64,000 bases of DNA from Pseudomonadota bacterium (GTDB lineage: Archaea; Thermoplasmatota; SW-10-69-26; JACQPN01; JAJPHT01), in contig JAJPHT010000036.1 in the NCBI GenBank assembly GCA_021325135.1, forward strand, positions 64,001 through 128,000, in the 5' to 3' direction. The translations under genes and the position numbers were made by a program. Within the stretch, counting starts at the first letter, position 1, and every line of letters begins with the position of its first letter. A model generated the notes under the pieces. The model searched no databases. It was given only the letters and a program-made list of their open reading frames with translations, and was not told where the DNA came from. Positions 48,126 to 58,134 of this stretch are shown piece after piece.

Positions 48126-49967
48126 GTGCGCGCGTGGGCCGTCCTCCTCCTGGCCGCCCTGCTGGCCCCCCTGGGGCAGGCGGGCGAAGGGCGAGGGGAC
48201 CTCATCGTCCTCGTCGCGCCGGGCTCGCACGTCGGCCTCCCCGCCGGCGCCCTCCCGCTCCACGTCGTGCCCGGCTTCGTCGTCCCCGACGCGTCCGACG
48301 CCCTGGCGCGCGCCCTCGCCGCGACGCCCGGCGTCGTCCGCATCCAGCGCGGAGAGCCCCTGGAGCTTCACGGCCTGCCCACCGCCGCGGCGGCCGCGCC
48401 CGACCACGCGCTGCGCCTCACGCGCGCGGACCCCGACGACCTCGCCCCCTTCGGCGCCGACGGCACGGGCGTCACGGTCGCGGTCGTGGACTCCGGCATC
48501 GACGCCACGCACCCCGACCTCGCCGGGCGCGTCGCGGGCAACTGGCGCCTCGTGGACGGCGCGTTCGTCCCCGCCGCGGGGGACACCAACGGCCACGGCA
48601 CGCACGTCGCGGGCATCGTCGCCGCCAGCGGCGCCAGCAGCGGAGGCGCGCACGCGGGTACCGCCCCGGGCGCCACGCTCGTCGGCCTCGACATCCTCTC
48701 GCAGAGCTTTACCACCACCAGCGCGCTCCTCGCCTACGACTGGCTCCACCAGAACGCCGCGCAGCAGGGCATCCGCGTCGTCGTCAACGCCTGGGGCCGC
48801 ACCGGGGAGCCGCGCACCTTCGACCCCGACGACGCGCTGATCCAGGCGGTGGACCGCGTCGTGGACGACGGCGTCGTCGTCGTGTTCAGCGCCTCCAACC
48901 ACGGCCCCATCGCGGGCTCGCTGAGCGTCGAGGCGCAGGACCCGCGCGTCGTCACCGTGGGCGCCGTGGACGACGCGGGCCAGATCGCGCCCTACAGCTC
49001 GCGCGGCCCCGTCGAGCCCGCCAAGGGCGGCGCGTGGGCCAAGCCCGACGTCGTGGCCCCCGGCGACCGCGTCGTCGGCCTGCGCAGCCAGGAGACGACG
49101 CCCGACCCCGCGACCGACCCCGACGCGCTCCACCGCGAGATGTCGGGCACGAGCCAGGCCGCGCCCCACGTCGCCGGCCTCGTCGCGCGCATGCTCCAGG
49201 CCAACCCCAGGCTCGCGCCCGACGACGTGCTGCGCGACCTGCGCGAGAGCGCCATCGACTTGGGCCCCACGGGCCCCGACGCCGCCTACGGCCAAGGCCT
49301 CGTGGACGCGCCCGACGCCCTGCGCGCCGCGCTGGGCCAGGCGCCGCTCCACGACAACCCCCTCGCCGCGGGCGGCGTCGAGACCTACGACGACGCCACG
49401 CAGGCGGCCGCCAACGGAGGAGCCCTCAGCCTCGCCCCCGCCGCGCAAGGCGCCTGGGAGACGCGCATCCCCATCAAGGAGGGCGCCACCGCGCTCGCCT
49501 TCGAGGTCGCCTCCGCCACCCCCGCGCCAGGCCTCGACGCGACGCTCACCGGCCCCGCCGGCGCCGCAGGCTCCTGGAGCGGCGCGTCGCAGGAAGGGTC
49601 GCGCACGGTCCTCCGCGGCCGCCTTGACGCCCTCCCCCCCGGCGTCTACACGCTGCGCGTCACCGCCACGCTCCCCATCGCCCTCGAAAGCCACGCGCAG
49701 GTCACCCTGGGCGCCCGCGCCGCGCCCCCCGACCCGCGATATCACCTCCCGCAACCCCCCGCTGCTGCGCAGGGGGTGCCTGCGCGCACGCTCGCCGACG
49801 ACGCCATCCTCCTCGCCCGCAGCCACCCGTGGATCGCGCCCGCCCTCGCCGCTGCCATCGGACTGCCCCTCGCATGGCTCGCCAAGCGGGCGCGACGCGC
49901 ACCACGCCCGCCGGGCCCCGACGCCCCGCCCGCCGACCCCCAACCTTCAAGGGACGGGTCCACCTAG
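48126..49967 (+). CDS. S8 subtilisin-like serine protease with C-terminal TM anchor
   Basis: VVDSG, HGTHVAG, KPDVVAPG, MSGTSQA; start taken as GTG 48126. Confidence 0.92.
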   Translation: MRAWAVLLLAALLAPLGQAGEGRGDLIVLVAPGSHVGLPAGALPLHVVPGFVVPDASDALARALAATPGVVRIQRGEPLELHGLPTAAAAAPDHALRLTRADPDDLAPFGADGTGVTVAVVDSGIDATHPDLAGRVAGNWRLVDGAFVPAAGDTNGHGTHVAGIVAASGASSGGAHAGTAPGATLVGLDILSQSFTTTSALLAYDWLHQNAAQQGIRVVVNAWGRTGEPRTFDPDDALIQAVDRVVDDGVVVVFSASNHGPIAGSLSVEAQDPRVVTVGAVDDAGQIAPYSSRGPVEPAKGGAWAKPDVVAPGDRVVGLRSQETTPDPATDPDALHREMSGTSQAAPHVAGLVARMLQANPRLAPDDVLRDLRESAIDLGPTGPDAAYGQGLVDAPDALRAALGQAPLHDNPLAAGGVETYDDATQAAANGGALSLAPAAQGAWETRIPIKEGATALAFEVASATPAPGLDATLTGPAGAAGSWSGASQEGSRTVLRGRLDALPPGVYTLRVTATLPIALESHAQVTLGARAAPPDPRYHLPQPPAAAQGVPARTLADDAILLARSHPWIAPALAAAIGLPLAWLAKRARRAPRPPGPDAPPADPQPSRDGST

Positions 49968-49983
49968 CCGCGATTCGCCAACC

Positions 49984-50056
49984 AGCCCCATGGTCTAGTG
50001 GCCAATGATTCGGGACTTTGGATCCTGCGACCTCGGTTCGAATCCGAGTGGGGCTA
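49984..50056 (+). tRNA. tRNA-Gln(TTG), archaeal A1-U72, no encoded CCA
   Basis: AGCCCCA/TGGGGCT acceptor stem, CTTTGGA anticodon loop, CTCGG-TTCGAAT-CCGAG T arm. Confidence 0.95.
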
Positions 50057-50333
50057 TCATCCGGTTACGGGTGAGGATAAGCCGAAACCATCAGCGATTT
50101 GCCAGCCAGGTCGGCGGACCGGAAAGGGGTGCAGGCGATGAGGCGCGGCTTGGCTGGCGTCTACATACGCGAGCCGCGGCGCCTCCCTGAGTGGCTGCGC
50201 GCACTCTACGACGACAAACTGCTCGCGGTAGTCACGTCGCAGGGCGAGGAGAAGACCGCTCGTCACGTTCTCGGCGAGCGTGAGAAGGGGCTTCGCTATG
50301 ACTCTAGTGGCCTGCACCCTCGTAGCATGTGAG

Positions 50334-51443
50334 TTATTGGTCCTCATCTTCGTACTTGGAGAACAGGTTGATCCGCTCGAGTTCGTCGAGCTCACCGAGG
50401 TCCGTATCTTTGACTTGAATTGGGAGGATTTCTGCGTTTAGGAGCTTGCCATCAGGGCCGATGAGTGCCTGGATCGTGAAAGTGAGCGTGCCGCTTTCGT
50501 ATTCGTGAATCGGAGGCTCGTGAGGATCGCTCACGTCATAGGCGCCGAGGACGTACATGGGCGCTCCGAGCTGGACGAGGATATTCCCGTCGCCCACATC
50601 GCGGGCCCATTCGACGTTTCCAAGCGAAGGCGAGTGTCTCTCGATGATGTTGTCATCTCCGATGTCGTCACCCAGCTCGGAGAATGTTGTCACACCGGCA
50701 AGGTGTTGGTTCAGGGCGCGTAGGAGGTCGTCTTTGGCAAGTGGGTAGGCTTTGTCGAAGGGTTGCCCTACGGCCGTGTTCACCATGTTGAGCATGGGAC
50801 CAATGTGGCTTGCAATGAGGTGATGGACGTCCTTGACAAGGATGATTTTCGCCTTTGCTTTCTCGGCTTCGGCGGCGAGTAGTTCGTCGAGGCTGCCGTC
50901 CTTGTTGGCGAAGTCTGTGGTGTTGTTGGTGACGAAAAAGATCTGCCCAGGCTCTTCCTCCTGCGCGTACTCAAGGATGGAGTGCCAAATCAGCGCGTCT
51001 CGGTAGCCGCTGCCATCGGGTTTGAAGGGTTTTCCGTGACGGAATTCGCGGCGCAGAAGGTCCTCGTGGCTTACTTCCGGGATGCCAAGGATACTAAAGT
51101 CGCAGCCTTCGGCTGCGCTCCAGATCGCTTTCTCAATGGCCTTGGTCACTTCCTTACGGTCGGGCTTAGGCCATTCGGGTCCGGGGAGGCCGATTTGCCG
51201 GCTCGCGCGAAGCGCTCGGCTCACGGCCTCATGGTGGGTTTTCGTCTCGGTCCAACCGCCGCGCGCGAGTTCCATCATGACCACGAACGGAAGGCGGACG
51301 ATGATCCCTGCTTTCGCGGCTGGCTTGGCCAGGTTGGCGAGGGGGGCGAGGTTCAGTCTCTTCTCGTGGCCGCGTAACGCGGTGGAGTCGAGGATGACCG
51401 TGATTGGAGCGGCCGCTCGTTCGGGTCGTCGATGCGCGCTCAC
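50334..51443 (-). CDS. PIN domain protein (DUF4935-like)
   Basis: VILDSTAL, PFVVMMEL, KPFK..GYRDALIWHSIL, FFVTNNTTDF. Confidence 0.85.
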   Translation of the reverse strand: MSAHRRPERAAAPITVILDSTALRGHEKRLNLAPLANLAKPAAKAGIIVRLPFVVMMELARGGWTETKTHHEAVSRALRASRQIGLPGPEWPKPDRKEVTKAIEKAIWSAAEGCDFSILGIPEVSHEDLLRREFRHGKPFKPDGSGYRDALIWHSILEYAQEEEPGQIFFVTNNTTDFANKDGSLDELLAAEAEKAKAKIILVKDVHHLIASHIGPMLNMVNTAVGQPFDKAYPLAKDDLLRALNQHLAGVTTFSELGDDIGDDNIIERHSPSLGNVEWARDVGDGNILVQLGAPMYVLGAYDVSDPHEPPIHEYESGTLTFTIQALIGPDGKLLNAEILPIQVKDTDLGELDELERINLFSKYEDEDQ

Positions 51444-51524
51444 GCGGGCCGCAGAGTCGTGGAGGTACTAAGAAATCTTCGTGAAGCAGCCTTGTGGGCG
51501 TTCGCCATGGCGGGTTGGCATGCC

Positions 51525-52604
51525 TTAGAGCGATGATAGCCAGTCTCCAAGGCTGATCAGCCGACCCGTCTCAAGCTGTTCGGCGACTGCCTCTACGCTC
51601 CGCCGAACACGGTTGTCTTTTGAACCCGCATAGGTAGGCGCAAGGCCGGCGGGGTTGATGTGAACGACCTTCGCGAAGAGGTGGTTGCTGCCTGCGACTT
51701 TGCCGCAAGCGCGAGCGAGGCGAGCTGGATCGAATTCGTTGGTAATGACAACGTAATCGAACGGCTTGCCCGTGTTGGCCTTCGTGTAATCGAGGTAATC
51801 CGCCTCGAACTGCTTTTCACGGTCAGAGCGGATGCTCCACTTCGCCGTGACGAGGACGCGCTTCTTCTTTGCAGGGAGGATCGCCAAGTCGACCTTCTGG
51901 GGCTTGTCACCCTCTTCGGCGGGAGGTTGGAACCCAGGCAGATCGCCGAGCAGGCTGCGTGTCCGGACATCCAGTCCTCGAGTCGCCGCGGCCTGCGCCA
52001 CGACGGCAGCGAGAACATCTTCGAAGCCCTCGCCGACGAGGTTCTTCCGCTTGTTCTCGAGTCCGATATGCTGCCGCGTAGAGCGGATGACCTCGCCCCA
52101 TTCTGTTCTCGAAGGAGTCGTTGCAAAATGGTGCGCGAGCGCCCCTCCGAGGATTTGTTCGAGCTTCGGATCCTCACCCGGCTTTGGGAAGTCCCTGCCC
52201 GCGTAAGGCGCCACCTGTTCGGCCGCGAGTGCCGCAACCCGCTCGCGGTTCGCATCGACGAAGGCAGCGAGCTGAGCGCTCGCCTTCCTGAACAGCCAGT
52301 CAAGCTGCGCACCCATCTCCCCAGGCGCCATGCGGAGTTCGCGCGCGAGCCAGTCGTGGAAGGCAAGCGACCGCGCATACCACGGTTTGCCCGGCTGGCA
52401 CTTGTCGCTCTCGTAGCAGTGGGCAAGGCCCGTCGTAGGATCAGTCCACAAGAGCATCCTGTACAGGTGCTCCCAAGCGGTCACCGCAGTAAGCTGTGGA
52501 GTCTGCACTTCGCGGAAATACTGCTGGATCAGCCGCGCTCTATTCTGGGCCCCAAATGCCGCGTCAATGAGCGGGTCCTCGGCTTCTTCTTCGGCCGGAC
52601 TCAA
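51525..52604 (-). CDS. Putative type II restriction endonuclease (NgoMIV/Cfr10I-like motif)
   Basis: GEGFE..KVDLAI..TAKWSIRSDREKQ..VVITNEFDPARL; directly downstream of the C5 methylase. Confidence 0.7.
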   Translation of the reverse strand: MSPAEEEAEDPLIDAAFGAQNRARLIQQYFREVQTPQLTAVTAWEHLYRMLLWTDPTTGLAHCYESDKCQPGKPWYARSLAFHDWLARELRMAPGEMGAQLDWLFRKASAQLAAFVDANRERVAALAAEQVAPYAGRDFPKPGEDPKLEQILGGALAHHFATTPSRTEWGEVIRSTRQHIGLENKRKNLVGEGFEDVLAAVVAQAAATRGLDVRTRSLLGDLPGFQPPAEEGDKPQKVDLAILPAKKKRVLVTAKWSIRSDREKQFEADYLDYTKANTGKPFDYVVITNEFDPARLARACGKVAGSNHLFAKVVHINPAGLAPTYAGSKDNRVRRSVEAVAEQLETGRLISLGDWLSSL

Positions 52605-52614
52605 CAGGTTCGGG

Positions 52615-53979
52615 CTAGGCCGCCAAGGTTTTCAACCCTTCTGAACTGAGCGCCTTCCGCAGCGAAGCCCGGATCGCTTGGGCCGCTGCCTTGGCAAGGA
52701 GGGGCGGTACCGCGTTCCCGACTTGACGGTACCGCGAATGCGCGGCGCCTTCACTGTGCCTTCCCTCGATCTGGCCGACGCGGGGATCCGTTGTGAAGGT
52801 GAAGCGGTCCGGGAAGGACTGGAGCCGGGCAAACTCCCTCACAGAGAGCGCGCGGGCATGCTTGTAGTGGTAGACGCAATCGCCCTTCGTGGTCAGGGTC
52901 CACGCCCAAATGCCTGGGTGGAGGCGGCGATATGCGTAGAAGTGGCGGCGAGAGAGCTTACCACTGCCGTTGTCCTGGCCCCACTTCTGGCCGCTGATAT
53001 ATCGCTCAAGGAGTTCGTCGGGAAGATCGCGGTGGTTACCGCCCGGCGGGATGCTCTCCAAGCGAATAGCGGTGTCCACGTTGATTCTCGGGACTTGGAC
53101 GTTGGTAATTGTCTTGCCAGCGCCTTTCCGCATCTCTCGCTGGTAGGCCGTCGCTGCGGGTGCGAGTTCGGAGCAGGGGAGTTCGTCCAAGCGGTTGCCG
53201 ACCGGTAGGCCCGCGAGGTCTGAGATAGCATCGGCCGCAGAGACGACAGACTTGTCTTCCTTATCCTTCAGAGCGAGAAGCACGTTCTTTCCGTCGAGTG
53301 GCGTCTGCGCGACGATCTTGTAGTGCGCCGGTGCGACGCCATTGAACCGCGCGAGGCTTACTGCGTCTGTTGCTCTGGTCCCGCGGAGTTCGGGCGGTTC
53401 GGTCGACAACTCTTCCCGCAGGCCAATGAAGAGAAGGCGCTTCCGAGTCTGGGGCACACCGAAATCCGCCGCGTTGACCACCTGCCCGCGCACCTTGTAG
53501 GCGCCGCCGATGCTGAGGTCAGAGAGCATTTGTTCCCGCATCCCCAGCTCGTCGATGCCGGTGACGTTCTCCATGAGGAACGCCACGGGCCTTGCCGCTG
53601 AAATGACGTCGACGAATTCTCGGTATAGGCTATTGCGCGGGTCGTCAATCATGCGGCTGAAGTTGCGAACCTGCGAGAACGCTTGGCAGGGAGGGCCGCC
53701 CACGACAATGGAGGCGTCCTTTGCCGCTGAGAGGATCCGCTGCTTGATGGTGCTCTGGCGAATGTCGCCGGTGACTACGTCAGCACCTGGAAAGTTCAGC
53801 GCATATGTGGCCGTGGCATCTGGATCATAGTCGGAGCCGGCGATGATTTTGAAACCTGCCTGCCGGAAGCCCTCGGAGATGCCGCCAGCGCCCGCGAAGA
53901 GGTCGACGACAGTTCCGCGGGAAGCCCGGTCAAAGAGTTCAGCGGCGTCTGGAGAAGCGCGCGCTCGCCGGGGAGTCAC
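52615..53979 (-). CDS. dcm: DNA (cytosine-5) methyltransferase
   Basis: DLFAGAGG, GGPPCQ, ENV, QTRKR, LSVREFARLQSFPD, YRQVGNAVPP. Confidence 0.95.
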   Translation of the reverse strand: MTPRRARASPDAAELFDRASRGTVVDLFAGAGGISEGFRQAGFKIIAGSDYDPDATATYALNFPGADVVTGDIRQSTIKQRILSAAKDASIVVGGPPCQAFSQVRNFSRMIDDPRNSLYREFVDVISAARPVAFLMENVTGIDELGMREQMLSDLSIGGAYKVRGQVVNAADFGVPQTRKRLLFIGLREELSTEPPELRGTRATDAVSLARFNGVAPAHYKIVAQTPLDGKNVLLALKDKEDKSVVSAADAISDLAGLPVGNRLDELPCSELAPAATAYQREMRKGAGKTITNVQVPRINVDTAIRLESIPPGGNHRDLPDELLERYISGQKWGQDNGSGKLSRRHFYAYRRLHPGIWAWTLTTKGDCVYHYKHARALSVREFARLQSFPDRFTFTTDPRVGQIEGRHSEGAAHSRYRQVGNAVPPLLAKAAAQAIRASLRKALSSEGLKTLAA

Positions 53980-54260
53980 TTCCTCCCCCTCCCCTTTGCT
54001 TCACCTGGAGTGCCGAGCCACCGCTTGCCAGCGTCTGTGAGCCACACTCTCCGTACGGAGCCGTAGCGGTCTGTGTGCACGAGCTCCTTAGCTTCCGCCA
54101 GGTCAACGTATTTGCCCACGGTGTTTGCCGAAAGTGCGGCAGCCTGGGCGATGTCCTTCATCTTTTGAGGCTCAGGGGATCCGCGTTGAACTGCTTCCAA
54201 AACCCGGCGGAGCTTGTCGGAATCGGGCATCGCTTCCTCCGTTAAGACACGCACCGGCAT
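53976..54260 (-). CDS. Small winged-helix protein, probable R-M controller
   Basis: MKDIAQAAALSANTVGKYVDLAEAKELV; GTGA overlap with the methylase start. Confidence 0.7.
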   Translation of the reverse strand: MPVRVLTEEAMPDSDKLRRVLEAVQRGSPEPQKMKDIAQAAALSANTVGKYVDLAEAKELVHTDRYGSVRRVWLTDAGKRWLGTPGEAKGRGRK

Positions 54261-54402
54261 CTTCAATCTGTGAGGTTCATTCGACTCTTTATTCTTTGCC
54301 GTATAGGAAGAGCTTAGAGTTTCGAAGAAGAGCTTTCTCTAAGTGAAGGGATCCGTTTGCGGTGTGGGAGGGTTCAGGTCTGGGGAGCGTCCATCGGGCG
54401 GT

Positions 54403-54906
54403 GTGACGGACATCTGGGGCTCAGCGAAGCGGTCAGCTGTCATGGCGCGCATCAGGAGCGCTAACACGGGGCCCGAAGTTGTAGTACGTCGCGCCCTCCG
54501 TTCCATCGGCTTCGCTGCGCGACCGAGCTCAACGCTCCCCGGCAAACCCGATCTCGTCTTTACGCATGCTCGCGTCGCGGTGTTTGTCCACGGCTGCTTT
54601 TGGCATGGATGTCCAAGGCACGGCCGGATGCCGTCCTCCAACCAGGGCTATTGGGTTCCCAAGCTGTTGGCGAACCGCCGACGCGATGCGCGCGTAGCTC
54701 GCCAGCTCCGCCGGGATGGGTGGAAAGTGCTCACGGTCTGGGAGTGCAGCATTGAGGCTGACGTTGCAGGCGTTGCGAGGCGGATTGCGCGCGCCGTCGA
54801 CTCGCGCCTGCCAAGAGTCTCTCGCGGAGGTTCGAAGACGACGGGCGCCTCAGAGAGGTCCATGACATCCAACGCGCCCCGCAGGAACCGTAGGATCAGT
54901 AACTGA
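54403..54906 (+). CDS. vsr: Very short patch repair endonuclease
   Basis: RSAVMARIRSANTGPE, LPGKPDL, FVHGCFWHGC, NRRRD, GWKVLTVWEC. Confidence 0.95.
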   Translation: MTDIWGSAKRSAVMARIRSANTGPEVVVRRALRSIGFAARPSSTLPGKPDLVFTHARVAVFVHGCFWHGCPRHGRMPSSNQGYWVPKLLANRRRDARVARQLRRDGWKVLTVWECSIEADVAGVARRIARAVDSRLPRVSRGGSKTTGASERSMTSNAPRRNRRISN

Positions 54907-54961
54907 AGTTTTCGGCCCCATTCCGAGCGTTTGAAGCCGGGCCAGCGAGCTCTGGGGGCCG

Positions 54962-55580
54962 ATGGTTCGCGATCGGAAGAACCGCCTCGAAACGATAGGA
55001 CCGCCACCTACCGCGCGTCCGCGGCTCGACGAGCCGTCCCGGCGCAAGTTGCGCCAGGCAATCACCAAAGCTACGAATACGCGCAGATCCGAGACTTCCT
55101 CCTACCTTGAACGTCTCGCAGAACATGCATTCATCGCGGAAATTATGCGGGAGGGCCTCGACGTCCGAGCGCAGCATGTCGAAGTCCTGCGGGCTGAAGT
55201 CGACAGTAACGGCTACGATCTCGTCATGGAAGCCAACAAGGCTGTCCGTTACATCCAACTGAAGTATCTATGAGAACGGCACGACAGCAAAGCAGAACGT
55301 TCACGAGAACCTCGGAACAAAACCGGGGGGCTGCGTAATCATCCTCCAGTGGTGCTACGATTATGCGAACGAGCGCCACTATCTCGCATACCACTTCTAC
55401 GGCGGCGCGCCTCGTGAAAGCTTGCCCTCGCTCTTGAGGTTCAAGAAGTCGAAGAGGACCAGACCGAACGCCGCAGGCATGAAGGCGGAGCGCGCCCATC
55501 ACTACGACGTTCCGCACAGGAATCTTGTCGGAGTAGGAAGCATTTCTGCCCTCTACACGCGCCTTTTCGGCGAATCGTGA
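54962..55580 (+). pseudogene. Frameshifted PD-(D/E)XK-like nuclease gene
   Basis: EVDSNGYDLV..YIQLK stops at 55273; the +1 frame 55266-55580 is open for 104 codons (IYENGTTAKQ..KPGGCVI..FYGGAP..KAER..LFGES*). Confidence 0.7.
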
Positions 55581-56026
55581 GAGCGCTCGCTCGGACCGCA
55601 CATCAGGAGACATTGTGGCGGAGCGCGGCTGCGCTCGCTACCGCCAGTCACGCGAAGAACTGTGACGGCGAAAAGCCGCGCATACGCTCGCGCATGAGCG
55701 AAAGCGCTATCGGTCGCTCGTACTTCTTCGGGCTGGCGACGCGCGGCGCGTGTGACTCCTCCGCATCCTCGAAGTAGGCGATTACGTTGCTGAACGCCGT
55801 AGGCTCTATCAAGTATGCTGCGGCCGGCCGCACGAGTGCGGGGCCCTGCTCACTCAATCGTGCCGTCGTGAAGGTCCGCCCATCGCAGTTGACTACCGCC
55901 GCATTTCCAACACCAGTACTTGAGGATGCAGGATCTGCAGTCGGTGGAAGAAGAACCCTACGAACCCACCAATGCCTACGCTGAGCCCGACGCCCAGCAG
56001 AAGCCCGAGGACCAACTCCGCCTCGC

Positions 56027-56330
56027 TCACGCCTTCCCCACCTCGCCCGGCTGCTCTTCGCCCGCTGCGACGTAGTCCTCCGTCCCAAGCTGGGGCATCA
56101 CCGTGCTGAAGAGAACGATGCGCGTCTTCCTCATGCCGCGCTTGAGCAGCATCTTCGAGAGGATCTCCGGGCCTACCACGGCGGTACAGGCTTCGGTGAG
56201 GATGATGTCGGGCGCGAAGCGGTTGAGGTGCTCGCGCAAGACCTCCTTCTGGCACGCCGTCGAGACCCGCGCTCCAAGCGAGGCGCTACGCGAAGCTGGA
56301 GTGCCGGGACCTCATGGTCCTCAAGCACTT
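56027..56330 (-). pseudogene. Degenerate response-regulator receiver domain
   Basis: VLEDHE in one frame; GARVSTA..FAPDIILTE..RIVLFS in another. Confidence 0.4.
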
Positions 56331-57135
56331 GTGGATTCCAGTTCTAAGTGCTCGCGACCATCCTGCGGCGGTCATTGGAGGCCCGTTCTCATGGGGTCCT
56401 CTGGACCTGGCGGATTATCGGGTTGGGGACCGCCCGGTTCGTGGGGCTATCCCGTTTCCGGAACCGTCGATGGGGTCGAAGGAAAAGCGCCTTGAGCCGT
56501 TGCGCGCCCGGAAGACCGCCCTGCGGCTCGGAGGCCGACGGAAGCGGATCCGCTTCGCTTGTCCGGATGATATGGAGTCCGATGGGTGAAGTTCGGCCGT
56601 CTCGCGTTCCTGGGCCAGGCTGGTGCTCCCGGCTCCCAGGCGGCGACCCCTTGGACGTGGGCACCCTTGTTGGAGCGCGTGGTGGGGCCCTCGACCCGAG
56701 TGGAGAGAAAAGGGCGCGCCGCCCCGCGGATGGGTGGAAAGGGCTCGTGTGCGCGAGCCTGGAAGGACGCGCGGTCCGGGGCGCCGTCGTCTCATCGTCG
56801 CCCGTCTTCACTTGGCTTCTCGTCGGAGGGGCACGGCGTCTCCAGCGGTCTCCGTGGGCATCCGCGTCTTCAGACGCGCGGGTTGATTTCCTGCGCGGGG
56901 CCATCCGGGGTCGTGCGCGCTTCCTGCCTTCGATGCGGCGCTCCGCTGATCCCCACCCTTGCCGGAAGGCTGGCGTGTCCACGCCTGGCGTCGTGCGGCC
57001 GAGGCGGCGTCGAGGAGCGGAGCGCGAGGCGGGCCACCCCGTCCGGCGCGCGCCTGAAGCGGCGGCTCGTGGCGGCGGAGCCTTGCTTCTGCGCCCGGTG
57101 CGTGCGGCCGACCCGCGCGGCGGCCACCTGAGGGC

Positions 57136-58134
57136 TCACGCGCCCGGGACGGGCGCTTCGGCGAGGATCGTCCGCACGACGTCGTGCGCCTTGACGCCGC
57201 GGATGCGCGCCTCGGGCTTGAGGATCAGCCGGTGGGCGAGGATGTGCGGGGCCAGGACCCGGATGTCGTCCGGGACCACGAAGCTGCGCCCCTTCATGGC
57301 GGCGTAGGCGCGCGCGCCCTTGAGCATGGCCTGCGAGCCGCGCGGCGAGCTGCCCACGTAGACGTCCGCGTGCTCGCGGGTGCGGCAGACGATCTCGGCC
57401 AGGTAGTCCACGAGGGCGGGGCTCACATGGATCGTCTCCACGGTCTGCTGCATGGCGACGATCTGGCGCGGGTCGGCCACGACGCGCACGTCGGCGTCGT
57501 CCTTGCCGCGGGCGATGCGGCGGCGCAGGATCTCGGCCTCCTCGGCGCGGCTGGGGTAGCCCACGCTGAGCTTCATGAGGAAGCGGTCCATCTGCGCCTC
57601 GGGCAAGGGATAGCACCCCTCCTGCTCGGCGGGGTTCTGCGTGGCCATGACGATGTAGGGCTTGGGGAGCTTGTGCGTCGTGCCCTCCAGCGTGACCTGG
57701 CGCTCCTGCATGGCCTCCAGCAGGGCGGCCTGGGTCTTGGGGGGCGCGCGGTTGATCTCGTCGGCGAGGAGCACGTTGGTGAAGACCGGGCCGCGGCGGA
57801 AGGTGAACTCGCTGGTCTGCTGGTTGTAGACGCTGGCGCCGGTGATGTCGCCGGGCAGCACGTCGGGCGTGAACTGGATGCGGCCGAAGTCGCAGCCGGC
57901 CGCGCGGGCGAAGGTGTTGCTCATGAGCGTCTTCGCCATGCCGGGGAAGTCCTCGAAGAGGATGTTGCCTCCCGCCAGGAAGTTGACGGTGACGAGGTCT
58001 AGGACCTCGCGCTTGCCCACGATGACCTTGGCGACCTCGTCGACGAGCGCGCGGCACGTGCGGGCCAGGTGCTGGACCTCGGGGGTCGCGGAGCGGCCGG
58101 GGGCCGGCGCGGGGCGCTGGAGGATCGCGGTCAC
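57136..58134 (-). CDS. moxR: MoxR family AAA+ ATPase
   Basis: EDFPGMAKT, RIQFTPDVLPGDITG, LADEINRAPPKTQAALLEAMQE, MATQNP, PLPEAQMDRF, SPRG. Confidence 0.95.
   Translation of the reverse strand: MTAILQRPAPAPGRSATPEVQHLARTCRALVDEVAKVIVGKREVLDLVTVNFLAGGNILFEDFPGMAKTLMSNTFARAAGCDFGRIQFTPDVLPGDITGASVYNQQTSEFTFRRGPVFTNVLLADEINRAPPKTQAALLEAMQERQVTLEGTTHKLPKPYIVMATQNPAEQEGCYPLPEAQMDRFLMKLSVGYPSRAEEAEILRRRIARGKDDADVRVVADPRQIVAMQQTVETIHVSPALVDYLAEIVCRTREHADVYVGSSPRGSQAMLKGARAYAAMKGRSFVVPDDIRVLAPHILAHRLILKPEARIRGVKAHDVVRTILAEAPVPGA

Larger units (their letters stand above)
50057..56451. mobile_element. Lower-GC defence island at the tRNA-Gln 3' end, decayed (no integrase seen)
   Basis: Abrupt composition and codon shift right after the tRNA; R-M, PIN and Vsr genes; gtggggctatc repeated at 50048-50058 and 56441-56451. 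Confidence 0.75.

Noticed and set aside
50138-50332. Short ORF after tRNA-Gln as an integrase remnant
   Set aside because: No tyrosine or serine recombinase motifs are recognisable.
56452-57135. ORFs or ncRNA between the island and moxR
   Set aside because: No credible coding pattern or clear structure; treated as degenerate intergenic DNA.
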